From: Eledone cirrhosa
Taxonomy: Eukaryota
Length of the DNA stretch: 64,000 nucleotides
Direction of reading: 5' to 3'
Assembly: GCA_964016885.1 (NCBI GenBank)
Contig: OZ024757.1
Location: forward strand, 12,028,001 to 12,092,000
Shown here piece by piece: positions 32,139-45,990 of the stretch (within the stretch, counting starts at the first letter, position 1; the number at the start of each line of letters is the position of its first letter). The notes under the pieces were generated by a model, which had not been told where the DNA came from, did not search any database, and worked only from the letters and a program-made list of their open reading frames with translations. Made by a program: the position numbers and the translations under genes.

Positions 32139-34235
32139 CCTTTTCCTTCTTTTCTCTATCAAGGACGAATTCCCCAACGCGGGAGGTGGTTTGTACCGTG
32201 ACGATGGTCTTTTGACCATGACTAAGTGCGGACCTCGTGCTTGCGACAGGTTCAGAAAAGAACTCACAGCCTTCTTTAAAGGCTTCAACCTCTCTATACA
32301 GGTTGAGGCCAATCTCTCGGTCGTTAATTACCTCGACGTTGCCCTCAATTTATTGAATGGGTTGTATTACCCGTATAGAAAGCCGAATGATACGCTTAAT
32401 TACATAAGTAAGCATTCCAACCATCCTGCCAGCATAACCAAGAACCTGGTAAGAAACGTTTCGTTGAGGCTTTGCCGTCTTTCCACCAACGAGCGCATTT
32501 TCAACGACCATTTCACTTATTACAATGAAGCTCTTGCTCGAAGTGGATTTGTCGATAAGGTAGCATATACAGAGTACGAAAATAGACCTAGAAGAAATAG
32601 ATATCGTCGCATTTGTTGGTTTAACCCACCATATAATATGGAGGTGGCCACACCATTAGCTAAGATCTTTCTTTCCCTTATTACGAAGCATTTTCCCCCT
32701 ACACATAAACATAGTAAAATTTTTAATAGAAATACTATTAAAATTTCTTACTCTACGACTCCTAACCTTGCACATAACATCACAGCTTCAAATTTAGCTA
32801 AACTACCTAGCCGTAGGAACACGTGCCACCCTGTAGTTAGTACTAACTGTAATTGTAGGAATCGGGCTGATTGCCCCCTATCCGGGAAATGCCTCTCTAG
32901 TAACATTGTCTACAAATGTAAGGTTGTAACACCCACGTCCCGTAGGGCCTACATAGGGTTAACCGTCAATAGTTTCAAGCAGCGTCTTTACATGCATACC
33001 CATTCTTTTCGCTACCCTCTAAGAAGGAATATGACGTCACTTTCAGCTTATATCTGGAGTCTAAAAGACAACCACACCCAATATAAGTTACACTGGGAGA
33101 TCCTAGCTAGGGCTAGATCGTATAACGGAAATAAAAGACTATGTGATCCTGGAAATACTCTACGCTACAGACCACATCTTAAACAAAAAACTGAGGCAAT
33201 TTCGGCTTGTAAACATAAATTGCACAAAACTTTCCTGTATTACAGCCCCACGTTATACCCTAACGGATAGCACGATCTATACGTGGATATTTTACGTCTT
33301 GATGTGGGAGCTAAGTATATGTTTTGTTTATTCCTTTACTTATTTGCATAGGTAAGTATATATTACCCGTATATTTTGTGAAGGTATGTATACCTTCTCG
33401 TACGTATATTTGACTGTTATAGCGTATAATTTTTACATATTCTGGTATTTAGGGTTTGGCTATGTGTATACGGGAGTTTTGCGTCCGCGTGAGTGTGCAG
33501 GTTAGTACGTATGGTGGCTGTGTGTATATGTGTACTTCTTGTTTTAGTTGACTTACGTCTCCGAACATTCGTGTATTTATATGTAGGTATGCGTGTGCGC
33601 TTGTTATATACGTATTTATTTACTTATATACGTTTATATAATTATTTATTTATTTGTACATAAGCATACACACACACACTTATTTATATGTGCGTGGTTT
33701 TGTATACCCATGGTAAGGTTTTGCGTATGTATTTATTTGTTTCTATTACTTCTGTATTGTATTTATTTACTTTGTTCTTAACTCTGTAGCGGAGATTCAT
33801 TTGGTCTCCTAGTTAGAATTTTAGTCTACGATTTCTGCTATACCATTTACGTGGTTTTGTCTTTGCGTGCTATTGTTCTCCACGCTCCACATATGACTTA
33901 TTATCTTCGTTTTTTCGTTCATTGCCAGAGAACGTCTCTATGCACCACCTAAGAGAACATTAGTCTACGACCTCTTTTATACCATAAACGTGGTTTTGTC
34001 TTTGCGCGTAATTGTTTTTCACCGCTCCTATTAATGACGTATTATTCGTTTTTTCCCGTTCTTTGCCAGCAAACGTTACCACGAACCAAAGTATCGTCTT
34101 CCTGTCTTCCTCCGGTTGCAACGTTTTTTGAAATATCCAGTTCTGCGTTTACAGATTGACTTTGTTAGTTTCAGAAGATCCCGTTAAGGGTGAAAGCAGC
34201 GATTCTTTGCTTAAACTTTAATCTGTTATTTTAAT
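32135..34235 (+). mobile_element. Penelope-like element (Naiad-type), 5'-truncated: RT C-terminus, thumb, GIY-YIG and 3' UTR with hammerhead
   Basis: [21 protein letters not shown]...[42 protein letters not shown]...YIGLT; ~139-bp internal tandem duplication in the 3' UTR; TA tracts on both sides. Confidence 0.92.
34167..34217 (+). ncRNA. Hammerhead-like motif, variant core CAGAAGA, sense to the PLE ORF
   Basis: Identical to 1932-1982. Confidence 0.6.
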
Positions 34236-34330
34236 AAATATATATATATATGTATATATATATATAAATATATACATATATATATATACATATATATATA
34301 TACATATATATATGTATATATATATATATG

Positions 34331-34383
<53 letters not shown>

Positions 34384-34424
34384 GTATATATATATACATA
34401 TATATATGTATATATAAATATATG

Positions 34425-34475
<51 letters not shown>

Positions 34476-34544
34476 GTATATATATATTTATATATATATA
34501 TATATGTATATATATATACATATATGTATATACATATCTCTCTC

Positions 34545-34579
<35 letters not shown>

Positions 34580-34926
34580 GTATATATATATACGTATATA
34601 TATATATGTATATATATGTATATACATATATATATATACATATATATATACATATATATATATGTATATACATATATATATATACATATCTATATACATA
34701 TATATATGTATATATATATATACATATATATATGTGTATATATATATATATATGTATATATATATACATATATGTATATATATATATATACATGTATATA
34801 TATATACATATATGTATATATATATACATATATGTATATACATATATGTATATATATATACATATATATATACATATATATATGTATGTATATATATATA
34901 CATATATATATATACATATATATATG

Positions 34927-34966
<40 letters not shown>

Positions 34967-35004
34967 TATATGTATATATATATATATATATACATATATA
35001 TATG

Positions 35005-35039
<35 letters not shown>

Positions 35040-35297
35040 GTATATATATGTATATATATATATGTATATATATATGTATATATGTATATATATGTATATA
35101 TGTATATATATATATATATGTGTATATATATATATGTATATGTATGTATTTCGTTTCTGAATTTGTTTAGCAAGATTCTTTATCTGAAATCGTGTGTTGA
35201 AACCGATATTGTTATACTTTGGGAGGGTCATGTTGCCATGGTGCGTGTGTTTCTTATTGGCAACATGACCCTCCCAAAGTATAACAATATATGTATG

Positions 35298-35360
<63 letters not shown>

Positions 35361-35365
35361 GTATG

Positions 35366-35451
<86 letters not shown>

Positions 35452-35456
35452 GTATG

Positions 35457-35509
<53 letters not shown>

Positions 35510-35518
35510 GTATATATG

Positions 35519-35549
<31 letters not shown>

Positions 35550-35752
35550 GTATATATATGTATATATATATATGTATATATATATGTATATATGTATATA
35601 TATATATATGTATATATATATATGTATATATATATATGTATATATATGTATATATATAGGTATATATATGTATATATATATATGTTTATATATATATGTG
35701 TATATATATATGTATATATATATGTATATATATATATGTATATATATATATG

Positions 35753-35783
<31 letters not shown>

Positions 35784-35784
35784 G

Positions 35785-35827
<43 letters not shown>

Positions 35828-36184
35828 GTATATATATGTATACATATATATATATATACATATATATATATACCTATATATATATATATATATTGGTAAA
35901 CGGAATAGAAAATGCTGACAAATTGTTCACAGTTGAAAAATGGTTTAATTAGGAATAAAAGAGTATTAGTGATTGTATGGGTTAGTATTCAGTTGTGGTT
36001 TTAAGTTTTTAAGTTTTTACCGGTTGCGCATTTCTAAATGCTTTTCAAAAATAATTTTGAGATAGAGTGTCCGTGCTGTTTGCTCAGATCAGAGCAAACA
36101 GCACGGACACTCTATCTCAAAATTATTTTCTATTCCGTTTACCAATATATAATAACTTGTGTGTTACACCTCTATTCTCTTAAC

Positions 36185-36220
<36 letters not shown>

Positions 36221-36304
36221 CATATATATACGTATATATATATATATATATACATATGAAATATATGAAATATAAGAATCAAAGAACTGTTCAAAACATT
36301 ATTG

Positions 36305-36351
36305 TGCTTACAGCTGTTTCCTCCAAACCGAGGTTTGGATTCTTCGGAGCA
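36305..36351 (-). ncRNA. Hammerhead-like motif, variant core CCGAAGA
   Basis: Reverse complement of 37465-37511. Confidence 0.65.
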
Positions 36352-37464
36352 ATTTATTAATGCATGGACAGTTATATGACCTCCCTTTCAGCCGAGAGAC
36401 ATACGAATACATATTCAAACATTGATACATATTCAAACATTGTGGGTCAACATTCATTACAGAATTTAGCAAGCAAATGTAGCAAGCGATGACCCAGATC
36501 TTACCAGAGATCATTGGGTCCTGAAGCAAGCCTGCAATCACCGCGCCTGGTCATATGAGCAGACTACAACCACGGAGATCATTAACTTAGAATCCTCGCT
36601 CATCATCTATAATTTCCATTTGTGGCACCTTAAGATGGGTTAATCCACCATAATAATATGACCACCTTCAGCATAACTTAATTAAACTACTCTATAGTTA
36701 ATACACTTTATGCTTTAAAAATCTCTCTTGGAAGATGCGCATCACCATAGAATTTAGAGTCTATATTGGGACGCATTTTAATGGCTAGATATAGAAACCC
36801 CAGAGTTACCTCCCCGCACGCATTAACTCCCCTTTGCCACACACACACTTCCGGGCGGTATTCAATGGCGTTTCTAGAAACGTAACAACCTCCTGTATCG
36901 AACTAAAGAACACCAGACTACGATCTCTAACTGGATTGTCGTGGATTACGTGAAGGGCATATAATTGAAAAATACACTCCCCTGACCATGAAAATGCCGA
37001 AGTACATGAAATACTTGACATCCCTGCGCTGTGCATCTCCATTACTTATAACACTTTTAATGCTTGCACTATCTTTAATGCTTATAATATTTCTCCACAC
37101 ACAGACTATATCAATCATATAAAGAATTTGCCACCAGATCTACCAACCTAACACACTTATTTACCTACCTAAGTGCCTCTACCACACATATCTCTCTGCC
37201 ACACTATATAAACAAGACGCACATGCGTGCCACACATATAACATTTGCACTATATAACCGCTTATCTTCATGTATTTTAACCTATATTTTTGATTTTTGA
37301 TTGTACCTATTAATATAAATGTAATCTCGAAGTGTGTACTGCCACTCTAAATTCTGTAATGAATGTTGACCCACAATGTTTGAATATGTATCAATGTTTG
37401 AATATGTATTGGTATGTCTCTCGGCTGAAAGGGAGGTCATATAACTGTCCATGCATTAATAAAT

Positions 37465-37511
37465 TGCTCCGAAGAATCCAAACCTCGGTTTGGAGGAAAC
37501 AGCTGTAAGCA
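37465..37511 (+). ncRNA. Hammerhead-like motif, variant core CCGAAGA
   Basis: TGCT-CCGAAGA-aTCCAAACC tc GGTTTGGAg-GAAAC-agct-GTA-AGCA; palindromic stem III ACAGCTGT. Confidence 0.7.
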
Positions 37512-37839
37512 CAATAATGTTTTGAACAGTTCTTTGATTCTTATATTTCATATAACTGCTCTGTAAATCATCTGATGTTTTTACATTGAGCTACTTAACT
37601 TACTGGTAATAAGGTAGTAATACAATACTGCCTACCACTATTTAGGGTGTGTGTAAAATACTTACAACTGCTTAAGGTCTTGTGTTTACATAACCATAAA
37701 TAGTATAACTAATACTATATATACATATATATATATATATAAATATATACGTATATATATATATATATACATATATACGTATATATATATATATATACAT
37801 ATATACGTATATATATATATATACATATATACGTATATA

Positions 37840-38019
<180 letters not shown>

Positions 38020-38040
38020 TATAGATGTATATATATATAA

Positions 38041-38072
<32 letters not shown>

Positions 38073-38075
38073 GTA

Positions 38076-38298
38076 TCATCACTGTTTTACGTCCATTCTT
38101 CTATGCTAGCATGGGTTAGACGGGTTGTCTTGTTGTGGGCAGTGTCTGGTGGGCTGAACTTGTCTTGCTCATACGGGAACTGATTCTGGCTTGATTTCTA
38201 CAGCTTGATGCCCTTCCTAACACCAACCTCATTTACAGTGAGTGCTGGGTACTTTTCTTCCGTGGTGCCTACATGTCCACTTTATAGTGTTGGTTGAT
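38076..38298 (-). mobile_element. 5'-truncated SINE family 1 variant with alternative RTE tail; twin at 41207-41435
   Basis: Shares gaactgattctggcttgatttctacagc...ccttcctaacaccaacctcatttacagtg with 46050-46120 but has a different 3' tail. Confidence 0.75.
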
Positions 38299-38379
38299 AT
38301 ATATATATAATATATATATATACTATATATTATATATATAACATATATATAATATATATATATAATATAATAATATATA

Positions 38380-39030
38380 GTACATTATGAAGAGAGAAGA
38401 AACATTAGATATAATTAGTAATAAGATATATCATACCTAGCTGGTTATTCAGTCCCCGACTACGTAGTTTCGTGGCATATTATGCAAAATCACTAGATCA
38501 TAGAGATATAGAGTTTTTGTGAGGTTCTGCCGACTTATCAAGGGGATACCTCATTAAGGATTTCAAAACACGTCTGCAATGCGCGAGATAGAATCTCGAA
38601 AAGGCGGAGGGAGAGTCAATCACGTGATACAGCGGTCAAGAAACAGAGCTAAGACCCTTATAACCCTGAAAAAAATACCACGGAGGTGGAGGGGGTATTC
38701 ATATCAAAGCCGTAGAAGAGGTGGTTTGAGGAGGCGAGAAGTACGAGTAATGGTAGCTATCCAGCAGTCACTAGACTTCAAATGTTACTCGACGAAAGGG
38801 AGTTATAAACAATATATAGAGAGAAACACACAGATACATGTGGACACATACATACACATGAATATATCCACATATATCCCTGTGTTAGTGGTGCCAACCT
38901 CATCCAATGTTGCTCTATGAATAACTGGGACAGATCTATCCGAATGGATTAGACTGATTCAGAAAGAGCTATATGTGTGGATAAGTCGGCAGAACCTCAC
39001 AAAAATCTATATCTCTATGATCTAGTGCTT
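38380..39030 (-). mobile_element. PLE terminus with 49-bp inverted repeat and decayed hammerhead (38454-38545)
   Basis: 38491-38539 mirrored at 38980-39028; minus strand tcccc-TTGATAA-gtcggc...gccac-GAAAC-tacgta-GTC-gggga. Confidence 0.65.
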
Positions 39031-39039
39031 TTCTTGGAA

Positions 39040-39731
39040 TCAGCGCCGAGGGGACAAATAAGACCAGAAGATCAACTCCCAGAACAACAGGTGGCTCACT
39101 GTCTTATCCAAAGACGTGCCCAGAGTCATGCAGATAAAGTTTCCAGCGACAACATTGGTCTTAGGTGTCGTCACCAGTCAAGGTGACGTCATGCCACCTG
39201 ACTTCTTCCCTGAGGATCGCAAGCTGAACACCGATGGCTACATTCGCGTTCTGAGCGAGGTAGTAAAGCCCTGGATCGATCAGGTAGCTGCAGGTAGGCC
39301 ATAAGTGTGGCAGCAAGACTCAGCGCCTTGCCATACCAGCCGAAAGATCCAAGTCTGGCTGTCAGAGAACTTCCTCGACCTCACCTCCCCTGACATCTGG
39401 CCTCCCAGCTAGCCTCACTGCAATCCTCTCAACTTCTTTGTGTGGGGCGCAGTGGAACGAGACACCAACAGATCTAGCTGCAATACGAAAGACGATCTGA
39501 AGGCCAGGATCACAAGTGCCTTTAGGGGCCTAAGTCAGGGGACAGTGACGAAGGTCTTTAGCCGGTTTCGAGGCCGTCATCAAAGCCAATGGCACGGTTA
39601 TCGAGTGAGATTGAAAGAACAAGTCATGAAGACAAACTGACCCAAGTTTGATAAATAAATCTTAAAAAACAAAACTACTGTGTTACTTTTTCTAGACATT
39701 AATCTTGCGAATAATTATCGTCCGCTCCCTG
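39040..39731 (+). mobile_element. DD37D (maT) transposon, second 5'-truncated copy
   Basis: Highly similar to 29380-30082, including the right TIR. Confidence 0.9.
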
Positions 39732-39773
<42 letters not shown>

Positions 39774-39814
39774 GTATGATATATAATATACATATATATA
39801 TATGTATATATAAA

Positions 39815-41123
39815 AAGGGGATGCTCTGGAGAGGAGCAATTATAGGGGTATAAAACTGATGGATCGGGTTATGAAAGTGGCAGAAAGGATATTAGCACAA
39901 CTAATTAGAGAAAGGGTCAAACTAGATGAGATGCAGTTTGGTTTTGTGCCTGGGAAAAGTAAAACAGATGCCCTCTTCTTGGTGAGACAATTGCAAGAGA
40001 GGTTCTTAGAGAAGAATAAGTCACTATACTTAGCCTTTGTTGACCTAGAGAAGGCCTTTGATAGGGTACCCCAATCTGTCATCTGGTGGTCACTAAGAAA
40101 TTTAGGTGTTGAGGAATGGCTTGTGAGGACAGTGCAAACTATGTACAGAGGTGCTGTCAGTAAAGTCAGGGTAGGAATGGAGTTTAGTGAGGAATTCCAG
40201 ATACAAGTAGGAGTACATCAAGGTTCGGTCCTCAGCCTGCTCTTATTCATTATAGTCCTCCAAGCCATAACAGAGGAGTTTAAGACTGGATGTCCATGGG
40301 AACTTCTCTATGCAGAATAGGAACTGGCATAAATTCTATAAAATGCACACAATGCAGATCCTGGGTACACAAGAGATGTAGCGGGATAGCAGGCAAACTA
40401 ACAGAAATATGTAACAGCGAGAAATATGTATGCAGTAGATGTATAGGGAAATTAGACAGAAGTCCCATTGATAGACACATTTTTCAAATGCAGGAGGGCG
40501 CTATAGAATTGGTTGATAGCTTCCGGTACCTAGGAGATCAGATTATGGGATGAGGGTGTTCCGAGGCCATAGTATCTATAAGAAGGATGGGTTGGAAGAA
40601 GTTTAGGGAGCTGCTTCCTCTGCTGACGAAGAAGGGTTTCTCCCTGCATACGAAAGGCCGGTTGTATGATGCCTGTGTGAGGAGCGCGATGCTGCATGGT
40701 AGTGAGACATGGGCAGCAACTGCAGAGGCTATGCGACGGCTGGAGAGAAATGAGGCAAGCATGCTCCGTTGGATGTGCAGTGTAAATGTGCTTGAACGAC
40801 CCAGCATAAATCTGTTGAGAGAGAAACTGTGTCTGAGAGGGATAGAATGTAGTGTACGGGAGAGGAGACTGAGGTGGTATGGACATGTGATGCGCATGGA
40901 GAATGACCGATGGGTGAAGAAGTGACAGGAAATGCCAGTTGAAGGAAGACGTGGTAGAGGTAGACCACGAAAAACATGGGCGGGGGTGGTGAGAACAGAC
41001 CTCAGATCATTGAAGCTCACGGTGGAGATGACGAAGGACCGTGACGAGTGGAGAGATGCTGTGCTGAATAAGACCCGTCCCACGCTTGCAAGCGGGGAAA
41101 AGCGGACGTAAAATGATGATGAT
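39815..41123 (+). mobile_element. RTE-clade LINE, RT to 3' end, decayed
   Basis: NYRGIKLM, QFGF, FVDLEKAFDRVP, GVHQGSVLS, MLHGSETW, RLRWYGHVMR, (TGA)n tail; Cys-rich insert CTQCRSWVHKRC...CSRC. Confidence 0.92.
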
Positions 41124-41172
41124 ATATATATATATATATATATATATATCATCTATATATATATATATATCA

Positions 41173-41209
<37 letters not shown>

Positions 41210-41652
41210 TCATCATCACTGTTTTACGTCCGTTCTTCTATGCTAGCATGGGTTAGACGGGTTGTCCTGTTGTGGGCAATGTCTGGTTGGCTGACCTTGT
41301 CTTGCTCATACGGGAACTGATTTTGGCTTGATTTCTACAGCTGGATTCCCTTCCTAACACCAACCTCATTTACAGTGAGTGCTGGATACTTTTCTTCCCT
41401 GGTGCCTACATGTCCACTTTATAGTGTGGGTTGATATATATATAATTTCTTTAATATATATATATATATATATGATATATATATATAACATATATATATA
41501 TATAATATAATATATATATCTATATATCTAAAATAGAGAATGCCTAAAACTCAAGAACCACCCAACCGATTGTTTTCAAACTTTAATACTTATAGTCCTG
41601 TGAGTGTTTTGAGATCTCCGGGCCATTCGACTAGTAATATATATATAATATA

Positions 41653-41868
41653 TATGGCTTAGTGGTTTAGAACATTGGGCTTGTAATTGAAAGATGGTGA
41701 GTTCAATTCTCGGACCGGGTGATGTGTTATGTTCTTGAACAAGACACTTTATTTCACGTTGCTCCTTCTACCTGGAGTTGTGACCAATAGATAGTATTAG
41801 CAATTGGAAAGACCAATGGAAACATTGTTTCTTCGGTCCAATTTGACGAAAGTCGATCGACTGGCGAC
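41653..41868 (+). mobile_element. SINE family 3
   Basis: tggcttagtgg...gagttcaatt...ttgaacaagacactttatttcacgttgctccttctacctggag. Confidence 0.82.
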
Positions 41869-42049
41869 ATATGTATATATATATATATTATACATATATA
41901 TATATATGTGTCACTTGCTGGATCTGCTAGAAGGACCCAGATAATATGAGATATTCTCCCGGCTGTATCATATACTGCAAATCTATGCCGATGTATACAC
42001 ATATATACACAGACCCATAAAGATACACAAGTAATTATACACACATAGA

Positions 42050-42400
42050 AGTGGTTGATAGCTTCTGTGGAGGATGACTGTATAACACCTGCCAATAAAA
42101 TATGATGCTGCATGGTAGTGAAACAAGGGCTGTGACAGCATTGGTACGGACATGTGATACACATGGATAATGTCAGCTGGGTGAAGAAGTGCCAGGACAT
42201 CCCAGTAGAAGGAAGCCATAGTAGAGGTAGACCAAGACCTGGATAGAGGCTGTGTGAACTGACTTCAAATAACTGACTCTCACAGAGGAGATGACAAAAG
42301 AACACAAGTTGAAAGATGCCATGTTGAGAAGGACATGTCCAACCAAAGGAAGCATGGAAAAACGAACATAAAAACAGTGATGATGTTGATGAAGATGACG
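42050..42400 (+). mobile_element. Decayed RTE 3' fragment
   Basis: MLHGSE, WYGHV and WVKKC remnants; tail aaaacagtgatgatg. Confidence 0.7.
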
Positions 42401-42722
42401 TACATATACACACATACATAATAAATAAATCAAATACAGATATGCACATACTTATATATAAACATATACATGGAGACAAATTTCTACACACATACATTCA
42501 CATATATATAGCGTATGTAAATTCTGAACAATACAGTTTTGTCAGCACAAGTCTTGGTTAAAACTTCTACAAATAAAATGAACGGAGTATAATTTCTCAG
42601 TAAAACAGTTTTATTCAAGATATTAACAACATTGGTGGCACAATTTTAGGTGAGTGACATGGTTTTTATCTTGTCTGATTGTGTTTGTGTTGCATCAAGT
42701 AACCTTTACAAGAGAATTATTT

Positions 42723-43350
42723 ATCACAGACACCACAGTGATATGGTTCCTCTCCTGTATATGTTAGTGTCTAGTGAAGCCACAACATTTAGAGAATGAT
42801 TTACCACAGACATCAAAGTGATATGGTTCCTCTCCCGTATGTTAGTGTGTAGGGAAGACACAACATTTAGAGAATTATTTACCACAGACACCACAGTGAT
42901 ATGGTTCCTCTCCTGGATGTTAGTGTGTAGGGAAGCCACAACATTTAGAGAATGATTTACCACAGACATCAAAGTGATATGGTTCCTCTCCTGTATGTTA
43001 GTGTGTAGGGAAGACACAACATTTAGAGAATTATTTACCACAGACACCACAGTGATATGGTTCCTCTCCTGTATATGTTAGTGTGTAGGGAAGCACAACA
43101 TATAGAGAATTATTTACCACAGACATCAAGATGATATAGTTCCTCTCCTGTATGTTAGTGTCTAGTGAAGCCACAACATTTAGAGAATGATTTACCACAG
43201 ACATCACAGTGATATAGTTCCTCTCCTGTATGTTAGTGTGTAGGGAAGCCACAACATTTAGAGAATGATTTACCACAGACAACACATTGATATCGTTCCT
43301 CTCCTATATGTTAGTGTTTAGTGAAACCAAAATTAGAAAAATGATTTACA
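42723..43350 (-). repeat. 78-bp minisatellite (~8 units) derived from a decayed C2H2 finger
   Basis: accacaga recurs at 42803, 42881, 42959, 43037, 43116, 43194 and 43272; the finger frame reads HTGEEPYH(C/F)DVCGKSFSKCCGFPTH*. Confidence 0.9.
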
Positions 43351-43505
43351 TGGGCTGAGGTGGCGAGAGCAGACCTTTGAAGATCACGGTGGAGATGACG
43401 AAGGACTGTGACAAGTGAAGAGATGCTTTGCTGAATAGGACCCATCCCGCCCTTGCAAGCAGGGAAAAGCGGACGTAAAATGATGATGATGATGATGATG
43501 ATGAT
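43348..43505 (+). mobile_element. Short RTE 3'-end insertion
   Basis: Matches 40973-41123, with (TGA)n tail. Confidence 0.85.
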
Positions 43506-43723
43506 ATGGTTTCCCTCATCTATGCATATATTTAGTTAAATTGCTGCATTAAAAGATATATTTTCCAAACATATCAAAGAGATATGGCTTCCCACCTGTA
43601 TATGTTTGTGTGAAGTTAAAGTAACATTGAAAGAGAACGATTTACCATAGATATTACACTGATATATATTTGTATTCTCATTAATTCACAATTTTGCGAG
43701 GATTTATCACTAATGTCAATGCA

Positions 43724-44746
43724 TTAAGATTTCTCCTCTGCATGTATGAGTTTGTGAGTAGTTAGGCTACTTTTCCCAGAGAGTGATATACCACAGATAT
43801 CACAGTGATATGGCTTGTCTCCTGTATGGGTACGTTTGTGGCTAGTTAAGTTACTACTTTGAGAGAATGATTTACCACAGATATCACAGTGGTATGGCAT
43901 GTCTCCTGTATGTATACGTTTGTGGCTAGTTAAGGCACTACTTTGAGAGAATGATTTACCACAGATATCACAGTGGTATGGCTTGGCTCCTGTATGGGTA
44001 TGTTTGTGTGTAGTTAAGGTACAACTATCAGAGAATGATATACCACAGATATCACAGCGATATGGCTTGTCTCCTGTATGTATACGTTTGTGGGAAGTTA
44101 AGTGACTACTTCGAGAGAATGATTTACCACAGATATCACAGCGATATGGCTTGTCTCCTGTATGTATACGTTTGTGGCTTGTTAAGGTACTACTTAATGA
44201 GAATGATTTACCACAGATATCACAGTGGTTTGGCCTGTCTCCTGTATGTATACGTTTGTGGCTAGTTAAGTAACTACTCTCAGAGAATGATTTACCACAG
44301 ATATCACAGTGATATGGCTTGTCTACTGTATGTATATGTTTGTGTCTAGTTAAGTGACTACTTTGAGAGAATGATTTACCACAGATGTCACAGTGGTATG
44401 GCTTGTCTCCTGTATGGGTACGTAAGTGTTTAGTTAATGCATCACTTCGAGGGAATGTTTTACCACATATATCACAGTGATATGGCTTCTCACCTGTATG
44501 TAAATGGTTGTGACTAGTTAGGCTACTTTTCCCAGAGAATGATTTAGCACAGATATTACAGTGATATGGTTTGTCTCCTGTATGTATAACTTTGTGAGTA
44601 GTTAAGGTACTACATATATTGAATGATTTACCACAGATATTGCAGTGATATGGTTTCTCTTCTCCAACCTTTGTCATCTCACCAGGAATACTAAACATTT
44701 TCGATTGTGTTTCGCATTTAACCTTTTCACTCAATTTATTTTCCAT
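43724..44746 (-). CDS. Tandem C2H2 zinc-finger protein (11 fingers, TGD/EKPY linkers), 340 aa
   Basis: Open frame [10 protein letters not shown]... then 11 C-x2-C-x12-H-x3-H fingers; candidate splice acceptor (polypyrimidine + ttcag) at 44923-44940 upstream. Confidence 0.9.
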   Translation of the reverse strand: MENKLSEKVKCETQSKMFSIPGEMTKVGEEKPYHCNICGKSFNICSTLTTHKVIHTGDKPYHCNICAKSFSGKSSLTSHNHLHTGEKPYHCDICGKTFPRSDALTKHLRTHTGDKPYHCDICGKSFSQSSHLTRHKHIHTVDKPYHCDICGKSFSESSYLTSHKRIHTGDRPNHCDICGKSFSLSSTLTSHKRIHTGDKPYRCDICGKSFSRSSHLTSHKRIHTGDKPYRCDICGISFSDSCTLTTHKHTHTGAKPYHCDICGKSFSQSSALTSHKRIHTGDMPYHCDICGKSFSQSSNLTSHKRTHTGDKPYHCDICGISLSGKSSLTTHKLIHAEEKS

Positions 44747-45414
44747 AATAATTTTATCTCCAACAGATATACTTGTAATATTTTTTACATTATATTCCTA
44801 AAAAATATATCTTCTATATTTCCCTCAACTGAGATTTCAGTTAATAGTCTTCAAATGATGATAAATAGAGGTGATGTATCCGAGATTGAAAATAATAATT
44901 TATAACAATGTGATCTGGTATTCTGAAATAAGAGAGAAACAGTATGAGATAATACAGAATACTTAAGAAGCAGAGATAGATTTAACAGTGGAAATTTTAT
45001 ATTTCTATATTGGTAAACTGTAGATATCAATTTTCCTGTCCAGAGTAATTCTCTATTATGCAAACAGTGGTATTCCAGCACGCTCTATAAATGTTATCCT
45101 TCTATCTCTAGAGAGCTCTGCTCTATGTCAGTTTAGTTAAAAATTCATTCTGATTACACTTTCTAACATAGCTATTATCTCCTCTCCTGGTGACATGTCA
45201 ACACCAGTTTAACTTCCATCTTTTTATTAGTAGGAGTCAATTGTTCCTCTATATCTTTTTCTTACTTCTTTTCTATCTTTCTCAGGGAGAAATCGGCCGT
45301 GTTTAGACCAGGAGTTACGAGTCTATATGAATCCATACAATATCTGATTTCACTCAGAAAAATGGCCTTGCTCAGTGTGCTAGAACGGTGTAGGTAGAAA
45401 TTCTATTCTCTGTC

Positions 45415-45975
45415 CAAAATACAAACAATGGGTACACAAGAGATGTAGTGGTATCTCAGGTAGGTTAGCTAAGAATATAGGTTTTACATGTGGCCATTGC
45501 ACAGGAACAGTAAGCAGCAAACATTCACAGGAAGAAACAAGTGACTTTCGTCAAATTGGACCGAGGAAACAATGTTTCCATTGGTCTTTCCAATTGCTAA
45601 TACTATCTATCAGTCACAACTCCAGGTAGAAGGAGCAATGTGAAATAAAATGTCTTGCTCAGGGATATAACGCATCACCCGGTCGGTGAATCGAACTCAC
45701 AACCTCACGATTGCGAATCCAATTCTCTAACCACTCAGCCACACGCCTTCACAGGAAACAAGCTCTAACAAACTGTTGGAGGGTCACATAGAAGAGGTAG
45801 ACAGCTTCTGTTACCTGGGTGATGATAACATCAGTGGAGATGGGTGTTCTGAAAGTAGAGCAGCCTGAGTAAACATGGAATGGAAAAGGTTCAGGATGCT
45901 ACAACCATGGCAACTTACTAAAGGCTTTTTCCTCAAAACAAAGTGCAGGTTGAATAACGCGTGTATACGAACAGT
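45415..45975 (+). mobile_element. Decayed RTE fragment interrupted by SINE family 3 (45543-45752, minus)
   Basis: QWVHKRCSG...CGHCTG and VDSFCYLGD halves flank the SINE; TSD-like ttcacagga..aaacaag on both sides. Confidence 0.75.
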
Positions 45976-45990
45976 TTAACACACACACAC

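Larger units (their letters stand above)
36265..37600 (+). mobile_element. PLE 3' fragment bounded by ~205-bp near-identical inverted repeats
   Basis: 36265-36470 mirrored at 37345-37553; each arm carries a hammerhead-like motif. Confidence 0.8.

Noticed and set aside
31624-33270. 548-aa ORF as an intact gene
   Set aside because: The first ~170 aa are TA-repeat read-through; the rest is a 5'-truncated PLE with a frameshifting deletion near the C-terminus
42724-43285. 108-aa and 84-aa repeat ORFs as genes
   Set aside because: Off-frame readings of the zinc-finger-derived minisatellite; no evidence of translation
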